Shown here piece by piece: positions 1 to 9,600 of a stretch of DNA of 35,987 nucleotides. Every line of letters starts with the position of its first letter. Position 1 is the first letter of the stretch. The notes below the pieces were generated by a model, which did not search any database, had not been told where the DNA came from, and was given only the letters and a program-made list of their open reading frames with translations. The stretch is from a virus (Duplodnaviria > Caudoviricetes): positions 1 through 35,987 of IMG/VR virus record IMGVR_UViG_3300035145_001458; one strand, 5' to 3'. The translations under genes were made by a program, and so were the position numbers.

Positions 1-1041
1 TTCGGCAAGAGATATCAGAGTATTCAACTCTTCCCACTTTATAAGTTTACTATCACTGGCAACAATGATGGTCAAGGTGGTGATGATGTTCTAGCAACAA
101 TCGGTCAGAACGTTGTTGGACAAGACTCTGGAGCAGAATCAGAAGTTCTCCGTGTAATCAATAACGAAGTCTTTGTCAAGATCAAGAATTCATTGAAGTT
201 TACTGTTGGTGAAGAATTGTACTTCAGCACACAGTCTGATGTTGGTGGTGATTTTGAGAACTTCACTGTTACCGTTTCTAACGAAGGTGTGTTTGAGCAA
301 GTTCCAAACTTTGTCACTGGATCCACTGTAAATGCTATCAATCCTTCAGTTAGAAGTGAGAAGTATGAGAACAAGATCAGTGGTAAGGTTATCTCTTGGG
401 ATTCCAAAACCAAGATTCTTACTCTTGAGAACGACAAGCAACCTATCAACAACAACTTTACTAGCGCAATCACTCTAGGTAGTGACTATGCTAGAGAAAG
501 TCAGACAGCAAATCAAATTGCTGATATCTTTAGAGTCGGTGATCTGATTGACTATGAAGGTTCTTCTTTCGAGACCTCGAAGTTTGCAGAAATCAAGAGC
601 ATGGGATTCAGTCAAGGTGTTGACTATGTTCCCGAAACAGGATCTGTAAATACTTCTGGTACGGCCAAGTATGTCACCAAGGAAGTATTCATCAATACTC
701 CTGCAGAATCTCTCAATGTTTATCTAACACTGAACGTAAGAGATGTAGAGAACGTCAAGGTTTACTACAAGATCAAACCAGCATCTTCACAGCAAAACTT
801 CGACGACATCAACTGGGAATACTTCAATACTGATGGAAACCCAGATCAAGAAAACGAAATCGCAACGGCAGAGAATAGCATCTCTGGTCAGTTTGAGAAG
901 CAGTCTTCTTATCAGGAGTTGAGATATACAGCAGAAGAACTTACCGAGTTCTCCTCGTTTGCTGTCAAGATTGTCATGAAGACTGATGATCCAGCATATG
1001 TACCCAAGATTCAAGATCTACGAGCAGTAGCATCATTCTGA
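1..1041 (+). CDS. C-terminal part of a large virion structural protein (VrlC-like), 5' truncated by the window
   Basis: Frame 1 is open from base 1 to the stop at 1041. The C-terminus AKYVTKEV...FSSFAVKIVMKTDDPAYVPKIQDLRAVAS resembles the end of cyanomyophage VrlC-like proteins that follow the baseplate wedge genes. Confidence 0.75.
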   Translation, partial: FGKRYQSIQLFPLYKFTITGNNDGQGGDDVLATIGQNVVGQDSGAESEVLRVINNEVFVKIKNSLKFTVGEELYFSTQSDVGGDFENFTVTVSNEGVFEQVPNFVTGSTVNAINPSVRSEKYENKISGKVISWDSKTKILTLENDKQPINNNFTSAITLGSDYARESQTANQIADIFRVGDLIDYEGSSFETSKFAEIKSMGFSQGVDYVPETGSVNTSGTAKYVTKEVFINTPAESLNVYLTLNVRDVENVKVYYKIKPASSQQNFDDINWEYFNTDGNPDQENEIATAENSISGQFEKQSSYQELRYTAEELTEFSSFAVKIVMKTDDPAYVPKIQDLRAVASF

Positions 1042-1042
1042 T

Positions 1043-1237
1043 ATGCAAAGATACGTCAAAGTTGAAGGCCAAGAAGGATTTGTTAGAGACATGACTACAG
1101 GGGCAATCGTTAACACTGCCCCCAAGTCGTCTCGCAAATCCTTTTCTAATGAGTTCCGAAATGTAGTCAGCGAAATAAATACTTTGAAGGAAGAAATGTC
1201 CGAAATTAAGTCCCTACTCAAGCAGTTAATCAAATGA
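1043..1237 (+). CDS. Small conserved phage protein (64 aa) with C-terminal coiled coil
   Basis: ATG follows the previous stop after 1 nt. VKVEG..GFVRD..TGAIVN followed by a heptad tail (EINTLKEEMSEIKSLLKQL) is typical of the small gene after VrlC in T4-like cyanophages. Confidence 0.8.
   Translation: MQRYVKVEGQEGFVRDMTTGAIVNTAPKSSRKSFSNEFRNVVSEINTLKEEMSEIKSLLKQLIK
1175..1181 (+). promoter_or_regulatory. Possible internal T4-type late promoter (ATAAATA) upstream of the 877-aa fibre gene
   Basis: ATAAATA about 50 nt before the ATG at 1234. It lies inside a CDS, so it could be chance. Confidence 0.35.
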
Positions 1238-3867
1238 CATTACGCAACGTACCAACTAGTTTTACGCTGGAACAGCAGCGTCAAGAGGTTAACTTAATTG
1301 CAGTGGACTTGGATTCTGCTGTGGATGGGATTCAAACTTTTAGCGGCAATAAAACATTCTCCGATGATGTAACATTTGACGGCATTACAACATTTAATGC
1401 TAATACTACGATTACAGGAGATCTTGGTGTTTATAAAATTACTGGATTAGGTAGATTAGAATTTACATATGGCAGTAATGCAAATATTATTATTGGAGAC
1501 GATATTACTGCAAATTCTATTGATGTTAATCTAAACAACACAATAGAGAATGTTTTTATTGGACTTGGTGCAGGTGAGGATTTCGTTCAGGGAAATGGAA
1601 ATAACTTTATTGGATTCTATGCTGGTAAGCAAGATAATCCATCTGGAAGTGATTATGCTTACTTTAATAACATTATTGGATATTATGCTGCACAAAGTTT
1701 AACAAGTGGTTCCTATAACCAAGGAATGGGTGAGGGAGCAATAAACAGTCTTACTAGTGGTGATAGAAATATTGCAATTGGCAATTATGCTGGATTTGCA
1801 GTTACTACAGGCGATCACAATATTTTATTAGGTGATAGTGCAAATGTCACAAATGGATCCGATTCTTATAATGTTGTAATAGGTAAAGATATTACAGTAG
1901 ATGGTAATAATAATCTTGCAATTGGTATAAATGGTGAAAAATTAATTACTGGTGTTAAAGATGGTTCAGTAGATCTTTATCATAATAACTTAAAGAAATT
2001 TGAAACAACTGCTGATGGCGTAACAGTCACAGGAGATCTTGATATCTCTGGCAAAATTATTGCGTATTCTAACGGAAACCTCGCCATAGGGCCTAATGGA
2101 GGAACGAATCCGAAAGTCTTTTTTAATAACAATGGAACAGCAACCTTTGAAAACACGGTTATTGCTGATGGAACTAGCTTGCTGAATGACAGATTCGTAG
2201 TAAGAACTATCAATGACAAAAAATTAACTGTTATTGGTGACGGTACTGTTGACATTGGAGGAACCCCAGGCACTGCACCAAACATCCGCCTAAATGCTGA
2301 TGGTAGCGCCACGTTTGGACAAGCGTCGAACTCAACAAATAATAATGGTATTTTATTGGGTGCAGATGTTGGTCAATTTAATCTTTATACGACTCGATAT
2401 AGCACTGACGCTTTTCAGATCTTAAATACATCTGGCAGTGGCACTAATGTTGCCGTTCGATTTGATGGCGATGGCGATGCCACGTTTGCTGGAACTATTG
2501 ACGCTACGGGATTCACTATCAGTGGATCACCAATTCAGACCGCCGTCGCAACCACATCTTCTGTCGGTACTGTACAACCAGATGGTACAACCATTGGTAT
2601 TGATGCCAATGGCGTTATCAGCGTAACTGGTGGCGGTGATCCATTCACCGCTAATGGATTCAAGTTTGGTGTCAATGAAGCGACAGGCCCAGCAGCAACA
2701 CTGGGTGAATTCAGACAGATTAGCGGCAAGCCATATTTCTATGATGGAACCGCATGGCAAGAGTTTATTCTTGGCAGCACTCAACAGGTTACAATCCCAG
2801 CAGAAACTGCTTGGGATCAAGTGCTCATTAGATCCACTTTCGATAGTGATTTTGATGATGTAAAATTCGGTGCCGTTGGTAATGTTAATTACTCTACAGC
2901 TGTAGTTGATGCTACTTTGGTTGGTGCTCCAGTTAAAGTGGGAACCAATTCATTGAAGTCTAATGGAGACGGTGTTTTATATCCTCATAGATCTGATTAT
3001 GATTTCACTGGAACATGGACCATTGAATTTTGGATTTATTTTGATAGTGATGGTGGTCTTTCTTCTGGCACCAACAATGGAGAGCAAGAGATTGTTTCAA
3101 AAGCTAATGCAACTTTTGATGCTGGATCTTGGGCAATTATTACGACAAAAGATCAATATGCAAATAGAAGTTGGAGATTTAAATATCATGATGTAGTTGC
3201 TCAACAAACCTATTATAAAACTATAGTCAATGTGGCTGGAGTTTCGTGGAATCCAAAGTACAATCAAGAGTGGGTTCATGTAGCTTTCACACACGAAAGT
3301 GATGGAACACTTCATGTATACGAGAATGGTTTAGAGTCAAGCAGCACTTATGCTGGTCAGGTAACTGTTAATGATATTGATAACAACAGTCATGATATCA
3401 TGTTTGGTGGCGGACCTTTAACCCGCTCAAATATGTTTGATGGATTTATTGATGATCTCCGTGTCACGAAAGATGTTAGATATACTGGCAATGGCACTTT
3501 CAATACACTATCTTTCAACCCACCAACCACACAACATCCTATCAGTGGCACCACAACAACATTCACACCACCTCCAACTAGCAAGGCTGGTGAGATTACA
3601 CTAGGTGCAACTCCTACGTGGACTGGAACAGCAGGAGTAACAGTGACACAGCAATCCAGTGGCAACTATCGTATGACCTTCACAAATCCATTTACGAATG
3701 CCACTGACTACTATGTCTTCACCAATCACATGGATTATATTGGTGGTCAGGTAGTATTTGTGAAGACTACTAGATCCAATACACACATTGATTTTGTTGT
3801 ATACAGAGAAGGTGATGGTGCCAATGTTGATACTGGATCCATCGCAGTTCAGGTTATTGCACACTGA
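1234..3867 (+). CDS. Tail fibre-like protein (877 aa) with N-x-x-I-G repeats and a LamG/concanavalin-like domain
   Basis: N-terminus MTLRNVPTSFTLEQQRQEVN. Autotransporter-head-like repeats NVFIGLGAG, NNFIGFYAG, NIAIGNYAG. LamG motifs DFTGTWTIEFWIYF, WVHVAF, LHVYENG and FDGFIDDLRVTK. Confidence 0.8.
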   Translation: MTLRNVPTSFTLEQQRQEVNLIAVDLDSAVDGIQTFSGNKTFSDDVTFDGITTFNANTTITGDLGVYKITGLGRLEFTYGSNANIIIGDDITANSIDVNLNNTIENVFIGLGAGEDFVQGNGNNFIGFYAGKQDNPSGSDYAYFNNIIGYYAAQSLTSGSYNQGMGEGAINSLTSGDRNIAIGNYAGFAVTTGDHNILLGDSANVTNGSDSYNVVIGKDITVDGNNNLAIGINGEKLITGVKDGSVDLYHNNLKKFETTADGVTVTGDLDISGKIIAYSNGNLAIGPNGGTNPKVFFNNNGTATFENTVIADGTSLLNDRFVVRTINDKKLTVIGDGTVDIGGTPGTAPNIRLNADGSATFGQASNSTNNNGILLGADVGQFNLYTTRYSTDAFQILNTSGSGTNVAVRFDGDGDATFAGTIDATGFTISGSPIQTAVATTSSVGTVQPDGTTIGIDANGVISVTGGGDPFTANGFKFGVNEATGPAATLGEFRQISGKPYFYDGTAWQEFILGSTQQVTIPAETAWDQVLIRSTFDSDFDDVKFGAVGNVNYSTAVVDATLVGAPVKVGTNSLKSNGDGVLYPHRSDYDFTGTWTIEFWIYFDSDGGLSSGTNNGEQEIVSKANATFDAGSWAIITTKDQYANRSWRFKYHDVVAQQTYYKTIVNVAGVSWNPKYNQEWVHVAFTHESDGTLHVYENGLESSSTYAGQVTVNDIDNNSHDIMFGGGPLTRSNMFDGFIDDLRVTKDVRYTGNGTFNTLSFNPPTTQHPISGTTTTFTPPPTSKAGEITLGATPTWTGTAGVTVTQQSSGNYRMTFTNPFTNATDYYVFTNHMDYIGGQVVFVKTTRSNTHIDFVVYREGDGANVDTGSIAVQVIAH

Positions 3868-3868
3868 T

Positions 3869-3876
3869 CATAAATA
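3869..3876 (+). promoter_or_regulatory. T4-type late promoter (CATAAATA)
   Basis: Intergenic NATAAATA right after the stop at 3867 and about 22 nt before the next ATG. Confidence 0.65.
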
Positions 3877-3898
3877 CTGTTGACATGATATATTGACC

Positions 3899-4084
3899 AT
3901 GGATACATCAAAAATGCGAGAGGAATTCCTATCCCAACTGAAAGACTACGAGTTCAAAATCAAAAGAGGCGAGGAAGAACTCGCTAAATTGAGAGAATAC
4001 AAGTTGAAACTTGAGGGTGGGTTAGAAACATTAGATCTACTAGAGAAGCAAGATGGCAGCGATTCCAGTCAACCTACTGATTGA
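3899..4084 (+). CDS. Small coiled-coil hypothetical protein
   Basis: ORF track gives 3893..4084 (TTG); the ATG at 3899 is preferred. Charged helical sequence following a late promoter. Confidence 0.65.
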   Translation: MDTSKMREEFLSQLKDYEFKIKRGEEELAKLREYKLKLEGGLETLDLLEKQDGSDSSQPTD

Positions 4085-4385
4085 TAAAGGAGCAGACTTC
4101 AGCGTTACGTTCTTTATCACTAATAAAGATGGTACTCCACTCAACATGTCGGGGTACACTGGGGCCGCTGCAATGAAGAAAAGTTATTCAGCGACCACTT
4201 CAGTTCCATTCACCTTGACGTTTGTCAACAGAACCACAGGTGAAATTGCTTTGACGCTGACTGATGTAGAGACTTTGGCGCTAGACAGACGACGTTATGT
4301 CTATGACATTGTTCTTTCCGATCCAAATGGATATAAGACCAGAGTAATTATGGGTAATGCTGAAGTAAGCCCAGGAGTTGCTTGA
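4053..4385 (+). CDS. Small virion/baseplate-associated Ig-like protein (110 aa)
   Basis: NLLIDKGADFS...PLNMSGYT...GEIALTLT...RYVYDIVL...RVIMGNAEVSPGV, a pattern recurrent in cyanophage tail regions. Confidence 0.75.
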   Translation: MAAIPVNLLIDKGADFSVTFFITNKDGTPLNMSGYTGAAAMKKSYSATTSVPFTLTFVNRTTGEIALTLTDVETLALDRRRYVYDIVLSDPNGYKTRVIMGNAEVSPGVA

Positions 4386-5104
4386 TGGCCCAGTATAACG
4401 TTAGAGTTGGTGATAGTTCATATAGAGTAGGTAAGCAATTACCACAGCAGTACCAACTCGATGTAAACTACCAGATTCCGTCAAAGTCAACACAATACTC
4501 CAATCTATTGATTGACAGTATTGCGTCACAGTTTGATGGTGTCCAAGATACATTTAATATTACAATAGATGGCGAATCTTACACTCCTCTCAATGAGGAG
4601 CAGATTGCTATTTCTATTAATAATGTAATCCTAGAACCTAAAGTTGACTACGTAGTATCTAATGATCAGATCGTATTCAACACACCACCATCAGGTGGAG
4701 CAGCATTCTTTGGTATTGCATATGCTACAACTGCTGACCTGACCAGAACCCTCAACTATGTAATTGATAGCGGGTCATTCCCAATGTCAAATGGTGTGAA
4801 GGGCAACATGACCATTGATGTCACAGGAGAGATTGAGTCCTGGACTGTCATTTCTGATACTGAAGGCAATCTAGAAGTTGATATTCAAAAATGTACTTTT
4901 GATGACTTCCCCAATTTCACATCTATTTGCGGTACGGAAAGACCAACATTAGGTGTGCTAAATAATAGTGTTCAGAGAAAGAATAAAGACGACAATCTTT
5001 CAACATGGAACACCACCGTGAACGCTGGGGATATCTTCCAGTTTGAGGTCATCTACTCGATCAACATCTCAAGGTTTGTAGTTTCATTGAAACTCAAATT
5101 ATAA
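4385..5104 (+). CDS. Virion structural protein with a baseplate-wedge-type repeat domain
   Basis: TGATG stop/start overlap at 4383-4387. DSIASQFDGVQDTF...ISINNVILEP..DY....IVFNTPP resembles repeats in cyanophage baseplate wedge proteins. Confidence 0.7.
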   Translation: MAQYNVRVGDSSYRVGKQLPQQYQLDVNYQIPSKSTQYSNLLIDSIASQFDGVQDTFNITIDGESYTPLNEEQIAISINNVILEPKVDYVVSNDQIVFNTPPSGGAAFFGIAYATTADLTRTLNYVIDSGSFPMSNGVKGNMTIDVTGEIESWTVISDTEGNLEVDIQKCTFDDFPNFTSICGTERPTLGVLNNSVQRKNKDDNLSTWNTTVNAGDIFQFEVIYSINISRFVVSLKLKL

Positions 5105-5115
5105 ATCATACTCAT

Positions 5116-5123
5116 TATAAATA
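5116..5123 (+). promoter_or_regulatory. T4 late promoter TATAAATA
   Basis: Exact gp55-type consensus in the intergenic gap, followed by a GAGGAG Shine-Dalgarno and the ATG at 5162. Confidence 0.85.
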
Positions 5124-5161
5124 AAAATAAACTCGCACGAAAAAAGTAGAGGAGAGTCTCC

Positions 5162-6559
5162 ATGGCATTGCTAGTAACCAATAATGGTGAAATTGAGTCT
5201 CTGCGTAATCTTCTGAATGCTAATCAGTCGATCCCCAGAAACTTAATCCTTAAACTATACACCACTGATACGTATCCTGCAGAAAGCGATACGCCTTCAC
5301 AAACCAGATACTATGAGCCTTATATCGATGGTAATGTCATCGGTTACGGCCAAGCAGTAACCACCGAATATCCTGCTGTTATCAACAACAGAACTGATCA
5401 GGACTATTCCCAACAGAGAGGTATTCTTCTGAATGGCAACCGCTGGACGATTGCTACAGAATCCTCCCCTGTTACCACTGTTAATGGCGACGGCACTGCG
5501 GGCGAGTATCTAATCACCGTTGCTTCTAACGCAGGTATCAAGAAAGGCGACTATGTAACTGGTGGCGATGTTGGCACTGGTGCATATGTTGTTGACATTG
5601 ATGGCACGACTCTCAACTTAAGTGTTAAGAACACTGGTACTTTCGCAGCACAGGCCCTCTCCTTCGGTGAAGGTAGAACTACTGCTTCCTATCCAGAGCA
5701 AACTTTCACTTTCGGTGCTGCTGCTGGCGACATCTACGGTTACTACCTAGCACGCGCAAACAACATGCCTAGCACCATTCATGGTGTTGCTGATGCTGCT
5801 TCTGCTGCTGCTGCTACCACCATCACCAAGTCTGGTATTCGTGGTCAGTTGGGTAACAAGTACATCGAACTCCCTGCTATCACTAATACAACTGCTGCTA
5901 CTGGCACCTCTGGTACTTTTGAACTCGCAGTTACCTCAACTGCTGGTGTTGCAATCGGTCAGCGCGTAACTGGTGTTGGTGTTGCGGGTGGAACTCGTGT
6001 AGTTGGTATCGCTGGTACTACTGTTTATATCGACACCGCTCTTGCAGGTGCTGTTAGCAACGACGTTAACTTCCTTGCAGAAGTTGCTTCTGACCTCGCA
6101 AAGGGAATGGTTGTTTCCACCAATGCTGCTAACACTGGTCCTGACGGTCTAGATGCTGCTACCGTAATCATCGGTATCGATAGAGAGACTGCTGATGCAG
6201 ACGGAACCGTTATCGTTTACCTCAACAACGCTCTAATCGATAACATCCAGCCCACAAACAACAACGATGACATCGACTTTGACTTCTCCGAAGTCACTGC
6301 AACTGCTCACGGCCTAGTTGTTGGCGATGTAATCTACATCGACCAGGGTACTGGTAACGCTGCTACAACCGCAGGAACATACACCATCCACTCTGTAGAA
6401 GACGCAAACACCTTCACTACAGAACCTGCACTCGATGGCGCTGGTGACCTAACTCTATATTCTTCGATCTTCTTCGCAGAAAGATTCACCAACGGACCAT
6501 ACAGCATCCAAAACGACGGCGACCAAATTAAAGTCACCCTCAACGTCAGCCTCGACTGA
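5162..6559 (+). CDS. Virion structural protein (465 aa), Ala/Gly/Thr-rich
   Basis: Long ORF with strong SD, own late promoter and terminator. Internal beta-rich repeats (GIKKGDYVTG, GVAIGQRVTG, HGLVVGDVIYI). Ends FFAERFTNGPYSIQNDGDQIKVTLNVSLD. Confidence 0.8.
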   Translation: MALLVTNNGEIESLRNLLNANQSIPRNLILKLYTTDTYPAESDTPSQTRYYEPYIDGNVIGYGQAVTTEYPAVINNRTDQDYSQQRGILLNGNRWTIATESSPVTTVNGDGTAGEYLITVASNAGIKKGDYVTGGDVGTGAYVVDIDGTTLNLSVKNTGTFAAQALSFGEGRTTASYPEQTFTFGAAAGDIYGYYLARANNMPSTIHGVADAASAAAATTITKSGIRGQLGNKYIELPAITNTTAATGTSGTFELAVTSTAGVAIGQRVTGVGVAGGTRVVGIAGTTVYIDTALAGAVSNDVNFLAEVASDLAKGMVVSTNAANTGPDGLDAATVIIGIDRETADADGTVIVYLNNALIDNIQPTNNNDDIDFDFSEVTATAHGLVVGDVIYIDQGTGNAATTAGTYTIHSVEDANTFTTEPALDGAGDLTLYSSIFFAERFTNGPYSIQNDGDQIKVTLNVSLD

Positions 6560-6591
6560 TCTAATTACATTGAAATCTATATCATGGTATC

Positions 6592-6622
6592 AGGGGGGTT
6601 GCTTGCGATCCCCCTTTTATTT
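6592..6622 (+). terminator. Rho-independent terminator
   Basis: AGGGGGGTTG-CTTG-CGATCCCCCT stem-loop (with G-U pairs) followed by TTTATTT, downstream of the 465-aa gene. Confidence 0.8.
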
Positions 6623-6640
6623 CGCTGTATGCTGATATAG

Positions 6641-9600
6641 ATGGTATTTTCTTATGCTGGTTCTGGGTCTATATCTCCCGTAGTTGGGTTTGACTTCGGG
6701 AATATTTCCTACAGCTATACACCATCTTCAATTCTCCCATTCATTTATGTTGACCTAGGAACGCTTGGAGCGCCTACGGCAACAATCGATCATGGAAGTG
6801 TCACCGAACCTACTACTGGTCAGGAAGACTGGGGTGACATGCGTTATGATCAACAAACAAGATTCCCATTCGGCGTCGTTAGACTAGCGAGCAGCACGAC
6901 GTTCGTTGTTAAGAAAGTATTCGTTGGTAGCGGTCAACTCTTTGAGTTGGGCGAAGCATTTACAAGACTACAGGCCCCATGGATTGTTGAAGGCACTATC
7001 TCCCTCCGAGGAGAGGCGAACGCAGCGTTCTTGTATCGTTACGATGCTTCTGGTATCCAACACGTATACGGGGACGCTGCGCCGTCCTTTACGACCCTCT
7101 ACGAGGGTTCTGGATCCCTATTCAGCACATCATTCACAGGCGAAGCAAAAGCTACGGTCTATCCCGAGCAGCCTGATACTCGCAAGACCTTATTCGAGAT
7201 CGGTAGCGAAGCTTTAGTCCTGTCATCACTACGCCACATTGGTAGTGGTTCGCTATTCAACATTGGCAGCACCCAACCTCTACGCACGTTTGGGTATAGT
7301 GGTTCTGGAACTCTATTCGGATTTGGTAACGAGACAAGAAGTCTCACGTATGCATATCCTGGAACCGATTTCTTCACGTATGAAGACTACGGTCAGGTTG
7401 CCGCGGCCACAACACAACCTAACGAAGACTTTGGTTCTCTATTCAGAGATCCTGGTGATGATGTATACGAGATCTTTGATCGTGGCGAGATCCTCGTCAA
7501 CTACACCAAATACCCACACGGTCTATTCAAACTACGCAGTGAAACTGTTGCTGCGAAACTTGTACACATCACTGGCACTGGTGACATATTTGTCGTTGGT
7601 GATGCTAGAACCAAGGGTCCACAAAACCATTACGGCGAAGGTACATTCTTCATCGAAGGTGCATCCAAGGAAACATTCTCTCTACAAGAGTTTGGTTCTG
7701 GATTCATTTCTACTCTATCTGGCGCAGCAGAAACATTTACTGCAAGTCCAGAAGAAGAGGACAAGCTACTCAACTTCAGAGGTATTGCGAGTCAGAGCAA
7801 ATCCGCAACTCCTCCCATCGAAGGTCTCGATGTCAAGGTTCAGGGCGCTGGTCTCACCAGATTCATTCCAAGATACAATGGAAGAGTACATCTGGATATC
7901 GATGGTGGCCTTGTTACAGAGAAGGTCACTCTCGCTCATCTTGGTACAGGTGTTCTGTTCGACTTTATCGGAGCAGAAGAGAGAAGAGTATACTCTTACA
8001 ACACCTCTTCGATTGACTTTATTACCCATCCTGATTACGGATTGGTTGCTGATGCAGCAACAACCTTCGAGGATTATGGTGATCTAGATCTTCGCTACAC
8101 TGGTGAAACTGGATGGATGTCTACTCCAGACATCCGAGTCGATTATCATGGCATTCTTGATAATTACACCAACTATCCATTCGGTCTCCTACCACTCAAG
8201 GGCACAGGCGAGACACCAAGACTCCGTGCCTTTACTGGTTCTGGTACACTCGAAGTTCGTGGCGAAGTATTCATCTTTGTTCCACCTGTATGGGATGGTC
8301 AGGGTGTTATCACCATCGAAGGCAGTGCGGAAGAAGCATTTGTATCCAGAGAACAGTTCCAGACTCTCTTCGAGTTCAAAGGAGCACTGGAGAATGTCAA
8401 CATCGGAAGAGGTTACCAGGGAACTGGTATTATCTCGACTCTATCTGGTGCTGCAGAAGCATTTACTGGAAACCCACAAGAAAGAGAAGCACTGTTCTCT
8501 CTCCTTGGCGAAGCACAAACCAGATTCATTCCAAGATACAATGGATCTGTACATCTGGATATCGATGGTGGCCTTGTTACAGAGAAGGTCACCCTTGCAC
8601 ATCAGACAACTGGAAGTCTATTCAACTTCGTCGGAGCAGACGAGAGAAGAGTTTACTCTTACAACAGCACATCGATCGACTTCTTTGTTCCAGTTGATCT
8701 GGGATATGTTGCTGCTACACCATCTACTAGTGCAGAACCAGTTGCTGTATATACCGAAACAGATTTCGGTACATTAGATCTTGTATACACTGGAGAAGAA
8801 GGATGGTTCTCTACTCCAGACGACAGACAAGATTGGCAGTATATTCTTGATCATGATACTACGTATCCATTTGGTCTATTCGAGAGATTCAGTGGTACTG
8901 CTACCGTAAGATTTGAATATGAGTATGTTGGTAGTGGTAGTTTCGACCGACTTACTGGTGGAGTCGAGTTGCGATTCCCCAATGTACACAGTTCCACAGG
9001 TGGACTTACCATCTTTGGTGCTGCTACATCAGAGAAAGTTGGTATTGCCGAAAGCTTCAACGTTCTGTTCGAGGCAACTGGTTTTGCCGATATTGTCACA
9101 GCAGTCAGTCTCGAACAAGATGTCAGAGTCGAGATCACAGGTCTTGCTGGTGTCTCGTTTACTGGCAATACAGTTCAGGATGCAACAATCTTCATCACTG
9201 GTGCTTCTTCGGAAGTCAGGACAAGAGGATACCAGGGAAGCGGTTCTATCTTCTCCAATGGCATTCTATCCGAAGCAGTCACGAAGACATTCCCACTTGT
9301 ACCTGGATATACTGCCAACCTCAATCTTACCGCAACAAATATCTACAACAGGTTCGGTACTAGCTGGACAGGACCTTCTCATAGTGGACATCCAGAGTAT
9401 GGATCAACTGGTGAAAATACCGTAGCATGGTATCCAAACGGCGGTTCGGGCACCTGTCAGTTTGGTGGACTTGCTTGTATTGATGGATTTGATGTTGGTC
9501 CACACTTCAGAATTGGTAGCGGATTCGGATCAAATGGAGCTCCAAGAGAATTAAAGATTCTTCTCGATCTAACTAATGTAGAAGAAATAACACTCTCTAT

